Assembly (NCBI GenBank): GCA_002104905.1
Contig: MCFE01000619.1
Coordinates: 1 to 52,362 of the forward strand
Length of the DNA stretch: 52,362 nt
From: Basidiobolus meristosporus CBS 931.73
Taxonomy: Eukaryota > Fungi > Basidiobolomycota
Direction of reading: 5' to 3'
The notes beneath the pieces were generated by a model. The model searched no databases. It saw only the letters and a program-made list of their open reading frames with translations, and was not told where the DNA came from. Positions 1 to 12,979 of the stretch are shown here, piece after piece (within the stretch, counting starts at the first letter, position 1; each line of letters opens with the position of its first letter). The position numbers were made by a program, and so were the translations under genes.

Positions 1-689
1 TTGCAGGGATTAATTGCAAAGACTGGCAGATTCAGCAAGTAAGGAGTGTGAAAAAGAGGCAATAGCAATCAATGCACACAAACATAGGAAGCAATAGAGT
101 GTCCAGGATCCAAGAGTGAGCAAATTGGCAGGGAATCAATCAAAAGCCACTTATACATCATTTTGATGAAAAATTTTGACTAAGTTTTTTGTGAAATCTG
201 GGGTGCAATTATTTTCAACTGTCTCTGGACAGTGTCTTGACAGGATCAGTATCTTAGTCATGGGACTTTAACTTTTGATGGCCTCTTGATGGGATCATCT
301 CAGTAATTTCTCATAGGGGATGGTCCCCACCCCCTATACATAGGTTGCCCCAGCCCACATTTGACAAGTAACTCCATTAGCTATTAATTGCATGTATTGC
401 TGTCAGCTCCTTGTTCCATCCCATCTACATAAGCAAGGCTGCTATATTCCACTGGTGGGTCTTCAGCTACCATACATCCTGGTCAGTGGCTGATAGAGCA
501 AGGCCATGCACCTTGCTCTCCAGTCAATACCATATATACTGGAAGAATCTCTTGGTATGTATATTACTGTTCCAGGATTCTATTCTCTTCAGTTTAGTAA
601 AATGATGAGATCATAATCTTGCTGCTTTGCTCACTGATAGGATCTCTACGCTGTTAACAATGAAAGATATGGAGGCAGTTGTAGTGGAG

Positions 690-900
690 GTGCTTGTCTC
701 CGCTGTTTGTCAGCTTACCCTATGAGAAGTAACTTGGTCCTGTGGGTGGATCCAAAGCAGATCAGCTGTCAAGATCCTACAATGAGGCTGTCATAATGCT
801 GACAGCTTGTAATTATTGACCATCTTTAAAATCTTATGATGGGATTGTAGCAGTGTTTGGCTGGTTTTGATGCTAAGCATATAAGTAAACTTGATGGTGT
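690..900 (-). mobile_element. Short fragment of the CACTA/En-Spm-like family (3' region)
   Basis: Reverse complement aligns by eye with ~16040-16250 and ~1980-2100. Boundaries approximate. Confidence 0.45.
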
Positions 901-944
901 TTGGGCAGATCTTAAGTCAAAGTACCTCCTTTAAATTTGACAAA

Positions 945-1560
945 TGATTAAGTGAGAACCTTATTATTTACTTGCTCTTCCAATCACTACCAATACCTCC
1001 AAGACTCTTGCAACAGGTTATGAGCCCCGGCTGTCACACTCAGCAATGTTTGCTACTGCTACCACTGGATTCTTGTATCTGCTGAAAAGTTGGATGGATC
1101 TAACTATCCAGACTGGAAGGTGCTGATTAAGATGCTGCTACAGGTATTGGGCCTTTGGGATACTGTCATGGGAGAAGAAAATCCCCCAAAGACATAGGAG
1201 AGGAAGCCTTAAAGTACCAAAAGAAAGAATAAAGTGCCTTTAACTGCATTTGCCTCTATATCAAAGACAAATTGCCAATTCAATGCTCAAGAGAGAAAGA
1301 CAATGAATACCAGGAAGGCATTAGAAGACACACACTAATTATGTTTAGCTGCTAAGAAAATGTACTTGGTAGAAAACTCTTTACTGCATATATGCTGCTA
1401 GAAGAAGAAATGAAAAATATAAGTAATAGAATTACCCTGTTGGTTGATAAGCTAACTACTGATGGGGATGTGATAGTTAGCATCTATAATAGCCATACAG
1501 ACAAGTTATAGGGCCTTGTATCAGCCCTAGTGTCTAGAACTGAAAATATGACCTTTAATA
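945..1560 (+). mobile_element. Copia family C 5' relic: LTR end, PBS and degenerate gag
   Basis: LTR ends ...CTTGCAACA at 1015, followed by PBS GGTTATGAGCCC (1016-1027). Downstream translation DGSNYPDWKVLIKMLLQVLGLWDTVMGEENP is a copia gag N-terminus, broken by stops and frameshifts. Confidence 0.75.
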
Positions 1561-1607
1561 CCTCTATGAAAAAAAATTTGTTCACATGGGTGATTCCAAC
1601 CTGGGGC

Positions 1608-1954
1608 AGTTGTAAAATTTGTAATTCCACCTAAATATTCACCTAACTTAATCACTGATATCATTACCTTCAAATACAGAGAATACTGACCAAGTTCCTT
1701 GGCAGGATTTACTTGGAATACTTTCACCAAAATATCAGGTATTGAAAACATGAATATTCTCAAATTTGTCCAAATAGCCTCAAGCTTTGCACACATGTTC
1801 TTGGGACCTTCCTTGATCTATTCTACATGTTTGTTATGCCAAGACCATGTAAAATTATAAATACTACTTTTGTATTCTATAAATCTTTAAGTGATAACCA
1901 CATAATCTACTTGTTTGCCCAATCACTTCCAATATTTCCAAGACTCTGACAACA
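1608..1954 (+). repeat. Solo LTR, copia family C
   Basis: Reverse complement of the LTRs at 17174-17519 and 38644-38993. Ends ACAACA; 5' TG is mutated to AG; no TSD found. Confidence 0.75.
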
Positions 1955-1959
1955 GGATT

Positions 1960-2960
1960 AACCATCAAGGTCCTGCAATAAAGCTATCATAACACCTGAA
2001 GCTTGGAATTATTGATCATCTACACTTTCTTATAATAAGATTGTAATGGCATTTTGCCAAATTTAGTGCCAAATGAAGTTAAGCACTTGACAGTGCTTCA
2101 GCAGCCTTTTGACAAGAGTTGCATGAAATTCTGATGGTCTTAATGTGCACTACATTTATTTGAGCAGACCTAGCCTGCCAATACATTCAGTTGCCTCATA
2201 TGGCAAGAAATCTGATGGTGTTCTGACTGCCTTGTTGCAGACCTCTGCTAGTACTACAATGGTAGTATGGCAGCCTACAGTTAGTACTGTGCAATATTAC
2301 TTTACCAGGTTACCAAATGGTATTTCCTTTTCTACTTCCCCTTGTGTCATTCATATATTCCACTGTAGGGTCACTGCTCTGTATTTGCTTTCCCACTACT
2401 ACTTTAGGTATTCCTCATATAGCTCAAATCATATATACTATGGCCTCCTGCTTACTAACCTCTATATTCATGCACACCTGCAGCAATTAACATGCTTCTA
2501 TCACCTCAACTTTATAGCTTTTCAGTGTGTCACTTGCAAAGTGGCTAAATACCTTGTATTGCTGGTAACATATAGATCTTGCAGACATATGCTTAGTTGC
2601 CTCCGCTTTTGCCCTGAATACCTCCTGAATATCTGCAAAGAGCTTTTTGGTATTTAGCCAGTATACTCTTTCTCCCTGCTGGACTCTAGTCCCCCTTATA
2701 GATACACTCTGCTTCTTGCTTGTATGAATTCTGTATTGGATGGTGTAGAAATTTGCTTGCATCTAATGGAACCCCAGCATACTATGGTAAAGTTGTGTTA
2801 ATACTGATTAGTTGCTTGTTGCATCCAACCCAACTCTGCATTACTTAACTGATTACCCATATATTGAGGCTGCTTAGCTTCTTAATGCCAAAGGTATTGG
2901 TATGTCCATTTGCACATCTATGCTCAGTATTTTCCAACTCTTCCCAACTTCTAATTTCCA
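1960..2960 (-). mobile_element. CACTA/En-Spm-like family fragment (3' part)
   Basis: Reverse complement is colinear with ~15180-16150 of the longer copy. ORF 2487..2762 is a remnant of it. Confidence 0.6.
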
Positions 2961-2964
2961 TGGT

Positions 2965-4285
2965 AAAAGTTGATCTCTCAGCTAATTTGGAGCATTGCAA
3001 AGCCTGCACATATGGGAAAAACGCTAGACAACTGCTCAAGAGTTATGGGCTAAACAAAGCTTACAAACAATTGGATCTGATTCACTGCAATTGATGTGGA
3101 CCTATGTAAAATATATTGCTAGGTGCAATCAAGTACTTAATCCCATTTATTGATGATTATATAAGATACACATTGGTCTACAGCATGGACAGAAAGGAAG
3201 AGGCACTCTCTAAGCTCAGGAGTTAATAGCCATGATGGAGAGAGAGACTGGTGAAAAAACAAGAAAATATGCACAGACAATGGTGAAAAATGTACCCCAA
3301 AACTATTCATTCACTTCCACAAGATTCATGAAATAGAGCAAGAGACATTATATCATACTCTCCGCAGTGAAATGGAGTGTCAGAATGTGCAAACAGATCC
3401 ATCATTTATGTGGCAAGAGTAATGATCCATGATATAAGTTATCCTATCATTTTTTGGGGGAATCAATTGCTACAGCTGTATAACTCAAAAGTAGCAGTAA
3501 TAGCAGAATACTTAGTGATTCTACTCTATTGAGGCATGGTATGGAAACAGTACAAGTACAGCGCATCTAAGATTATCTGGGTGTGAAGCATATGTCAAGA
3601 AGATGCCCAGGACTCATATGAGATTTGAACCAAAATTTGTAAAATGAATATTATGATCTATTGCAATCAGAGTAAGCAACATCATAGCAAAGAAGCTGAT
3701 TAAGTCCTGGGATGGGTTGTTTTATAAGAATTGAAGTTTTCACCAAAAATGACATCAGAAAAAGATGAAAATCTGATACTAAGTCCACCACCTGTCAAAG
3801 TTGCATCAGATCACAACAGTGAAGATATTGTACCTCCAGAGAACTCTACAATCATGGCACAGCATGAATCAGCACCCAGGCATATCCCAGAAGTTATCAT
3901 TCTGGTACTACAAAACAGGATATCCCACTATACCAGAAATTGCCCAGATTACTATAATAATGAGGGTACAAACTGAGCCTATGCCTAATCAGTGCATATT
4001 AATGTGCTCAGACTGTAAAAGAGGCTTGTATCAGCCCTCAGACAAAGTCTTGGGGAGCTGAAATGACTGAGGAGTGTTAGGCCATAATTGATAACAAAAC
4101 TTGGGACTTGGTGAAGTTACTAATCAACTAAAAATTGACTGGATGTAGATGTGTCTACAATAAGATAAAAGGCAGATGGTACAAGTGAAAGAAACAAAGA
4201 TATAATTATAGCCAAAGGATACTCTCAGACAAAAGGACAAGACTTTACTGAGACCTTTCCACCACTAGCCAAGTTTAGTGCATTA
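2965..4285 (+). mobile_element. Degenerate copia family C pol fragment (GAG-pre-integrase, integrase, start of RT)
   Basis: LEHCKACTYGK..LDLIHCN.CGPM at ~2985-3110; GYSQTKGQDFTETFPPLAKF at ~4215-4277; many stops. Parallels 37000-38400 and 44270-45800. Confidence 0.8.
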
Positions 4286-4292
4286 ACTTAAC

Positions 4293-4848
4293 AGACTTGT
4301 TCCCATGGATGGTGCCACATTGAGCCATCAGTGCCAAATGATGCTATAGTGTGCCAGGGAGGCCAAGTAAGTCTATACTTGGCCACAGAGTGTGAAACAT
4401 AGTTCTGCATCTTCATGCAAAGCAGCCCTATGTTTCACCCATTATACTGGAGAAAATCAATTTTTTGACCTTTTCTTTGGATCAATGTTGTGCATGATGT
4501 GTAAGAGCACAAAAGGACTGAAGATGTGCACCTGGTACTCAATACCCATGGTACTCTGAATCTAGCTCCGGTAGGTTGCATTATGTCACAAAAATTCATG
4601 GCTTTACCTTAGTCCACTGGTACTATCAGGCACTATACTAAGATATTTGCCCTAAAGTAAGACCTGTACAAAGCACTTTAAGTGTCAGATAGTACCAGTG
4701 AATCAAGATAGTGCCATGCATCTTTGTGAGATGATACAAGCCACAGGAGCTAGATTCAGAGTGCCACGGGTATTGAGTACCAGGTGCACATCTTCAATCC
4801 TTTTGTGCCCTTACGCATCATGCACAACATTGATCCAAAAAAAAGGTC
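4293..4848. mobile_element. MITE-related structured element (one TIR plus three inverted repeats)
   Basis: Starts AGACTTGTTCC, the same TIR as the MITE at 45419, and carries the same GTGCCA motifs. The copia fragment stops just before it. No right-hand TIR found. Confidence 0.55.
4467..4848. repeat. Long inverted repeat (168-bp arms, 46-nt spacer)
   Basis: 4467-4634 pairs with 4681-4848. Outer 103 bp have 6 mismatches, all transitions. Confidence 0.95.
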
Positions 4849-5282
4849 CCTATAACTACTAATGAATATTTATTTGTAACCAAAGTATTGAGCTACTATC
4901 CCCAACTTAGTTGGCATCTTCACAAAAGTATGGGCTGGGTTCAGCGTCCTTTGAGATGACAATGTACTAAAGCTTCCAAAGTCAAAACAACTGTATACTC
5001 CACCAGCAGGGACTTGATAAGAATGCAGCTGTGGTCAATAGTTACAAAGGCAGAAAAGTATCTTTGCCTGTACAAGAACAAGCTTGGGAAAGAATCAATA
5101 TGATAAAAGATACCTACTCTGAGTATTCCTCACAAGTAGTGCCTCCAAGGTCAGTTTGCTGTCAGCGTGGTTTCCTGGGAGTGTCCTGTGGTCTGGAGTT
5201 GGAAGTTCAGGTAGCAGTGATCACACTAATCAACAAGTTGGTATATTGATAAAGGGTATGATGATCTATTGTTGAGGGATAG

Positions 5283-5650
5283 TGTTGCAATTTAAGAAGT
5301 GATTTGGATATAAGGAACTTATCAAGAAATAGTGATAATAGTTGAACTGTTGTTTATTCATAAAGAAGCTCAGTATTTATACCTTTGTAGAAGTAATACA
5401 GCTGCAACACTAAGTAGGGAGGGTTTCTCAATATTCAGGAGCATTCTGTAACAGTTTCAGGGTTAGTACATAATGTTTGGTAATAGTGCTAATTTGATCC
5501 TGACTATAGGGGAATAATCATAAGATCATATATCTGGAGAAAGTGGCAAGTAAAGGCAGTAAATGAGTTGTACAGTGACTAAGAGTAGCCTAGAATTGTT
5601 AAGTAAATTTTTAGCTGCTGAATGATACCAAATAGTCCAATATTTCAACA
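5283..5650 (-). repeat. 3' LTR of copia-1
   Basis: 368 bp, TGTTG...CAACA, adjacent to PPT. Confidence 0.97.
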
Positions 5651-5662
5651 CTCCCCCTCAAC

Positions 5663-8600
5663 TTAATAATTTCTTAATCCCAATTTCTCTCTAAGGATCT
5701 CAAACTGTGGCCTAGCTAGTGGTTTTGTCAATATGTCTGCTACCATTTTGTCAGTTAGGCAGTAAACCAGCTCTACTAAGTTACTTTCTACAGCTTCCCT
5801 CACAAAGTGATGCTGTATATCAATGTGCTTAGTTCTGGCATGATTAGTAGGATATCTAGCTAATGGAATACAACTTTGATTATCCTTGTAAATACGTGTT
5901 GGTTCACCTGAATTAAAACTCAAGTCTTTGAATAATTTTTGTAGCCATATAGCCTCCTTAGTTGCTTGACATGCAGCCATATATTTGGCTTCAGTTGTAG
6001 ATAGTGCCACAGTTGGTTGTTTCTTGCAATTCCAAGTAATAGCTGCACCAGCATAAAGAAATACATAGCCTGTGGTAGAGCATCTGTCAATCAGATCCCT
6101 ACCCCAATCTGAATCAATATAACCATCAAATTTTTGCCTATTAGCTTCTCCAGAGTATTCCAGTACCACATTTATGGTACCTTGCGGATATCTGAAAATC
6201 CGCTTAACTGCTGCAATTTGATCTGATCCATAATTCTGCATGAATTGACTGACTATTCCAACTGCTACTGCAATATCTGGACGTGTAGACACCATCTAAT
6301 ACATTAGGCTACCGACCATTGATTGATAGGGAAAGTTTTGGTTCATATTTGAACCATTTTCATCTATAACTGGCTGAGATTTGCTTAATTTCAGGTTATT
6401 GTCCATAGGGGATGCTGCAGGCTTGCAATTTTCCATTTTGAAGCGTCTAAGAATGTCCTGATGTACTTAAACTGATTCAGCACAATTTTCTGAGTAGGTA
6501 TGTCAAACTTGACTTCAATTCCAAGAAAATAGCTCAATTTTCCAAGATCTTCCATCTTAAACTTGCTGAAGAGATCTGATTTTGTCTGTTTAAGTGCCTC
6601 TTGATCACTTGTAGCTATAATTAGGTTGTCCACATAAAGAACTAGGATGATCACACCCTTTTTGAGCTGTTTCACATATATACTGTGTTCTGCAGTGCTA
6701 TAAGAACCCAATTTCCTCTAGATATGTGTCAATCTTGTTAAACCATGCTCTGGGTGCCTGCTTAAGCCCATACAACAATTTTCTAAGTTTGCACACCTTA
6801 TGGGGGCTTTTTGGATTGGTAAAACCTTCTGGTTGCTCCATATATATAGTTTCTTGCAAATCCCCATTTAGAAAGGCTGTTTTGACGTCCATTTGGTGTA
6901 GATCTAGACTGTGTACAGCTGCCAGGGCTAGAACTGTCCTAATAAAGTTAAACTTGGCAACCGGAGCAAATGTTTCCTTAAAGTCTAGTCCCTGGATCTG
7001 GGAATAGCCTTTAGCTACAAATCTAGCCTTGTACTTATCAACTGCACCATTTGAGGTTATCTTGATCTTGTAGACCCATCTACATCCTATTGGCTTTCTC
7101 CCATTTGGTAAATCTACCAGTTCCCACATTTTTGCCTTGATCAGTGATTGGTACTCTTCCTGCATGGCTTGTTGCCACTTAGTAGCATCTGGACCTTGCA
7201 TTGCCTGTTGCAGATTCTGAGGTTTTGCACATAAGGCAAGATAAGCTTCTTCATGATCATTGGATGTCTGCCACCAGGATTCAGGGGCATTTCTTATTCT
7301 GGTAGATCTCTCAACTGGGATAATCTGTTCTGATCTGGAACTGGTAGAAGTTTCTTCCATCTCTGGCTGGATTTGGTACGTATCTTCTTCATTTGTGTTG
7401 ATTGCATCATCAGGCAGCTGGCCAATGATATCTGTGGCTTTCTGATCTGAATTCTCCTCAAATACAACGTCCCTGCTCTTGATCAACTTCTGAATTTTGC
7501 CATCATACACTCTATACCCTTTAGTATCTTCACAATACCCAAGAAAGATCCCTTTTCTACTCTTTGGTTCCAACTTTGAGCGTTTTTTGTCAGGGATGTG
7601 ATAAAAAACATCACTGCCAAAGATCCTAAGGTGCTGGAGATCTGGTTTTTTGCCTGTAAATGCTTCAAACGGTGTAAAACTACGTAGTGCTGTAGTTGGG
7701 CATCTGTTATTGATGTATACAGCAGTAGCAACAGATTCAGCCCAAAACTTGTAGTCCATTTCCTTAGCATGTAGCATAGATCTTCCCATCTCTACTATTG
7801 TTCTATTTGCACGTTCTGCTACTCCATTTTGCTGTGGAGTATGAGGAACTGTGGTCTGTTGAAGTATAACAGTAGATGAGCAGTATTTTGCAAACTCCTT
7901 TGAGCAGTATTCTCCTCCATTGTCACTTTGTAGTAGCTTCAATTTACACCCAGTTTGTGTTTCTGCCATATTCTTGAAGTGCTTAAACCTCTCTAAAGCT
8001 TCATCCTTTGTTTTGAGGCAGTACACCCATGTATATCTTGTCTTGTCTTCAATAAACGTCATAAAGTATCTCTTGGCTCCAAAGGACAGTGTTCTCATGG
8101 GGCCACATATGTCTGAGTGTACAATAGCCAGTATTTTGGTGGTATTGATGCCTTCTGAGCTCTTGAAACGTTGCCTAGCTTGTTTGCCATATGAACATCC
8201 CTTACAAACATTTAATTTGATCAGAATTGGGTATTTTAGGCCCAAAATAAGCTGATTTTTCACCAATTGGCTCATTTTCTGTTCCCCAATGTGTCCTAGC
8301 CTCCTATGCCACGTCTCCCAGCTGGTTTCATCAGTTTCAGCAATGTTGACATACTCAGGTACAATGATCTTGCATTGTAACTTGTATATATTGTGATCTC
8401 TGATTCCCAAAGCTAATTTTTGTCCATTTTCACTTAATATCGAGCAGCTCAGCTTAGTAAAAACGGATTTCAGTCTCTGAGTAGTTGCTTTACTGACTGA
8501 GAGTAGGTTCTTAGCTATTCCAGGTACATAGAGTACGTCAGTCAGTTTTCTGTTGTTGCTCTTGAGTTATCACTCATATTTAGTTGTATAGACCCACTGG

Positions 8601-9558
8601 CAGTAGCTTCCAATGCAGAGTTATCTCCCAGATAAACCTTTCTTACGGGAATAGTCTTGAAGTTGCTGAACCAATCCTTTATACCACAAATATGCTGTGA
8701 TGCTCCAGAGTCAATATACCATTCATTACTTTGGTTACTTGCACTCTCTTGTACAGTGACAAATAACTGTTCATCAGTAGTTATATGGTTTGCCTGCTCT
8801 AGTTTCTGTTTTTTGTCTGCTTGTTTCTTCTTGCATTCTCTTGCCCAGTGTCCTGGCTTTTTACAGCAGTTACAGCAGCCAGGTTTACTTCGGTTTTGTT
8901 GCTTTCCCTTCTTTTCTGTATGCCTTTCTGAACTGAATAAAGCATTATCTTCAATTTTCTCTGCTTGATCATTACGTCTGAGTTCTTCATGGAGAAGTCT
9001 TCCTTTGACATAGTCTAAAGTCAAGTTGTCTTCTCTGCTTTCAAAAGAAAGTATGAGTAGCTCATACTTGTCCGGTAGGCTGCAAAGCAGAAAGAGTATC
9101 TTTTCTTCATCATCTACACCAGCATTAATACTGTAAAGTTCTTCGGCAAGTGTCTCCATTCTGGTAATGAGTTGTAGCATGTCATCATCTGGCTTCTTCC
9201 TCATATTGAAGAACTTTTGTTTCAAATAAAGCTTGCTTGATACTGACTTTGCTCTAAAGATCTTCTCTAAGAATTCCCATACTGCTTTGGCAGTATTTGA
9301 GGCATGGATTTGTCCAATGAAGGAGTCTTGCACATTGATGTATATTGCATTGAAGGCCTTTCTCTCCTTCTCTTGAAACTTCTCCACATCTTCTGCTGCT
9401 CCTTTGGGCTCAACTTCCTTTTCTGTTACTATGTTCCAAAGCTTTCTTTCCTCAAGGTGGATCTGCATCTTGATTCTTCAAAGTCTGTAGTTCTTCCCAT
9501 CAAACCTCTCCTTTACGGGGAAGATGCTGGTATTGCTTTGTTTGCTGGTAGAAGTCAT
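5663..9558 (-). pseudogene. Disrupted copia gag-pol polyprotein
   Basis: ATG ~9558; in-frame TGA in YRL*RIKM; CCHC knuckle CCNCCKKPGHWAREC; protease WYIDSGASQH; WHRRLGH; integrase HSDICGP/SDNGGEY/NGVAERANR; RT with YVDN; RNase H. Frameshifts near 8545, 6700, 6455 and 6297. Confidence 0.95.
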
Positions 9559-9594
9559 CTTTAGAATAGATTAAGGCAATCGGGGCTCATAACC

Positions 9595-9963
9595 TGTTGC
9601 AATTTAAGAAGTGATTTGGATATAAGGAACTTATCAAGTAATAGTGATAATAGTTGAACTGTTGTTTATTCATAAAGAAGCTCAGTATTTATACCTTTGT
9701 AGAAGTAATACAGCTGCAACACTAAGTAGGGAGGGTTTCTCAATATTCAGGAGCATTCTATAACAGTTTCAAGGTTAGTACATAATGTTTGGTAATAGTG
9801 CTAATTTGATCCTGACTATAGGGGAATAATCATAAGACCATATATCTGGAGAAAGTGGCAAAGTTAAGGCAGTAAATGAGTCCTACAGTGACTCAGACTA
9901 GCCTAGAATTGTTAAGTAAATTTTTAGCTGCTGAATGATACCAAATAGTCCAATATTTCAACA
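9595..9963 (-). repeat. 5' LTR of copia-1
   Basis: 369 bp, followed on the minus strand by the PBS. Confidence 0.97.
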
Positions 9964-10449
9964 GATAGCCTCCCTTATATACTTTTCCCACTAGCTAAGT
10001 GATTACTAATCATGGTGTTCCAGAAGGTTCCAGATATCAATCAAAATCTGAATGACATCAGAATGACCTAAGAAGGTTCTAAGTAGGTACTGGAAGGTTC
10101 TAAAAGGCAGAGCACATCCAACCAATCAGGAATCAGTATTCTGAAACCTGTGTAACATGGGGATACCATATATGGTATGGAAATGGTAGGGATGGTGATA
10201 CAGGTTGATCATATGCCGTGGGTACTTGCCTAATATAGAAGTACTTATAGCTAGTAATTTTACATAAAGTGAGGGGTAACTTATGCAATAAGGTAAGCAG
10301 GTGTGATAGTCAACTGGCTTTTGGGATAGTACTAATTGGGCAAGACAAATGGGATAAAACTAAAAAAAGTGTAGTAGAGATATAGGGAAGTAAAAAATAA
10401 GGGAATGAGCACATTTGTCAGTGGGTGTCACTCTCACCCCACTACACCA

Positions 10450-12700
10450 CCAGTGGGTCTATACAACTAAATATGAGCAATAGCTCAGGGGCAACAACAG
10501 TAAGACTGACTGACATACTCCATGTACCTGGAATAGCTAAGAACCTACTCTCAGTCAGTAAAGCAACTGCGCAGTGACTGAAACTTGTTTTCACCAAGAT
10601 GAGCTGCTCAATATTGAGTGAAAATGCGCAAAATAAGCTTTGGGAATTGGAGATCACAGAATATACAAGTTACAATGCACAATCAATGTACCTGAGTATG
10701 TCAAGATTGCTGAAACTGATGAAACCAACTGGGATACATGGCACAGGAGGCTAGGACACATTGGGGAACAGAAAATGAGCCAATTGGTGAAAAATCAGCT
10801 TGTTTTGGGCCAAAAATACTCAATTCTAGTCAAATTGAATGTTTGTAAGGGATGTTGATATGGCAAACAAGCTAGACAATGTTTCAAGAGCTCAGAATGC
10901 ATCAATGTCACCAGAATATTGGCTGTTGTACACTCAGACATATGTGGCCCCATGAGAACACTGTCCTTTGGAGCCAAGGGATACTTTATGATGTTTATTG
11001 AAGACAAAACAAGATATACATGGGTGTACTTCCTCAGAAGAAAGAATAACGCTTTAGAGATGTCTAAGCACTTTAAGAACATGGCAGAAACACAAACTGG
11101 AAGTAAATTGAAGGTACTACAAAGTGACAATGGAGGAGAATACTGTTCAAAGGAGTTTGCAAAATACTGCTCATCTACTGTTATACTTCATCAGACCACA
11201 GTTCCTCATACTCCACAGCAATATGGAGTAGCAGAACGTGCAAATAGAACAATACTAGAGATGGGAAGATCTATGCTACATAATAAGGGAATGGACAGCA
11301 GGTTTTGGGCTGAATCTGTTGCTACCACATTTTACATCATGAACAGATGCCCAACAACAACACTATGTGATTCTACACCCTTTGAAACATAAACAGGCGC
11401 AAAACCAGATCTTCAGCACTTCAAGATCTTTGGCAGTGATGTTTTTTATCACATCCCTGATAAAAAACACTCAAAGTTGAAACCAAAGAGTAGGAAAGGG
11501 ATCTCTCTTGGGTATTGTGAAGATGCTAAAGGGTATAAAGTGTACAATGGCAAAAATCATATGTTAATCAACAGCAGAGATGTTTTATTTGAGGAGAATT
11601 CAGATTGCAAAGCCACTGAAATCATTGACCAGCTACCTGATAATGCAATTAACACTAATGAAGCAGATACATACCTAATCCAGCCAGTTACAGATGACAA
11701 TTCTACCAGTTCCAGATCAGAGCAGATTATTCCAGTTAGGAAATCTATCAGAATAAGAAAGGCTGCTGGATCCTGGTAGTAGATGTCCAATGATTGTGAA
11801 GAAGCTTATCTTGCCTTATGTGCCAAACCTCAGAATCTGGAACAGGCAATGCAAAGTCCACATGCTACTATGTGGCAACAAGTCATGCAGGTGGAGTACT
11901 AATAAATGATCAGGGCAAAACATGGGAACTGGCACATTTACCAAATGGGAGAAAGCCAATAGAATGTAGATGGGAGCACAAGATCAAAATAACCTCAAAT
12001 GGTGCCATTGATAAGTATAAGGCTAGATTGGTGGCTAAAGGCTACTCCCAGATCCAGGGACTAAACTTTGAAGAAACATTTGCTCTGGTTACCAAGTTTA
12101 ACTCCATTAGGACAGTTCTAGACCTGACAACTATACACAGTCTAGATCTACACCAAATGGACATAAAAACAGCCTTTCTAAATGGGGATTTGCAAGAAAC
12201 TATATAAATGGAGCAACCAGTAGGTTTTACCAATCCAAAAGACCCCCATAAGGTGTGCAAACTTAGAAATTTATTGTATGGGGTTATGCAGGCACTTGGA
12301 GCATGGTATAACAAGATTGACACATATCTGGAGGAAATTGGGTTCTTATAGCACTGCAGATCACAGTATATATGTGAAACAGCTCAAGAGGGGTGTGATC
12401 ATCCTAGTTCTTTATGTGGACAACCTAATTGTAGCTACAAGTGACCAAGAGGCACCTACACAGGCCAAGTCAAATCTCTTCAGGAAGTTTAAGATCGAAG
12501 ATCCTGGAAAATTGAGCTATTTTCTTGGAATTGAAGTCAAGCTTGATATACCTACGCAGAAAATTGTGCTGAATCAGTCTAGGTACATCACGCAATTCTT
12601 AGCTGCTTAAAAATGGAATATTGCAAACCGGCAGCTACCCCTATGGACAATAACCCAAAGTTAAGCAAATCTCAGCCAGTTATACATGAAAATGGCTCTG
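10450..12700 (+). mobile_element. LTR-less copia family A pol fragment (copia-2)
   Basis: Colinear with the reverse complement of ~6360-8610. ORFs 10640, 10919, 11477, 11818 and 12278 are its pieces; multiple stops. Confidence 0.93.
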
Positions 12701-12709
12701 TATGTGAAT

Positions 12710-12950
12710 GAACTCTTTATAGCCACCAATTACCAAGAAATATTGGAAGGGACTAATATGCAGCTTATTTTAGAAGTTCAAGATGTCAAATCAAAGAGAA
12801 CCCAGCTACAACTTGGAGATTATTCTCTCCATTGACAGAGGCACCCAGATTATAACCCCAAGTCTGTCCAAGTAGTGCTCAAGTAGTACCAATTAGAAGG
12901 CTATAGACTAGTAGCTACTCCAATAGAGACAAACAGCTTGGTCAAAATTC
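12710..12950 (+). mobile_element. Copia family C RT fragment
   Basis: Degenerate translation (..KYQLEGYRLVATPIETNSLVK) matches ORF 39592..40083 (KKYQMEDCIPAATPMETSLNLVK). Confidence 0.6.
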
Positions 12951-12979
12951 AGTTAAAGCAAGAGTGCCCGGTACCAATC

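Larger units (their letters stand above)
5283..9963 (-). mobile_element. Full-length Ty1/copia LTR retrotransposon (copia-1, family A), coding-dead
   Basis: LTRs 5283-5650 and 9595-9963 (TG...CA; about 9 substitutions + 1 indel, ~97% identical). TSD GATAG at 5278-5282 and 9964-9968. PBS GGTTATGAGCCC (9583-9594, minus); PPT GTTGAGGGGGAG (5651-5662, minus). Domain order gag-PR-IN-RT-RH. Confidence 0.98.
4870..10157 (-). mobile_element. Relic of a Tf2-like gypsy 5' end/LTR, split by copia-1 (4870-5282 + 9969-10157)
   Basis: 5057-5100 (AAAGTATCTTTGCC..GGGAAAGAATC) resembles 34977-35018 of gypsy G. The right part ends GTGTAACA (10157), like the family G LTR at 35359. Confidence 0.5.

Noticed and set aside
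495-519. 9-bp hairpin AGAGCAAGG/CCTTGCTCT
   Set aside because: Isolated short IR, expected by chance, with no associated element ends.
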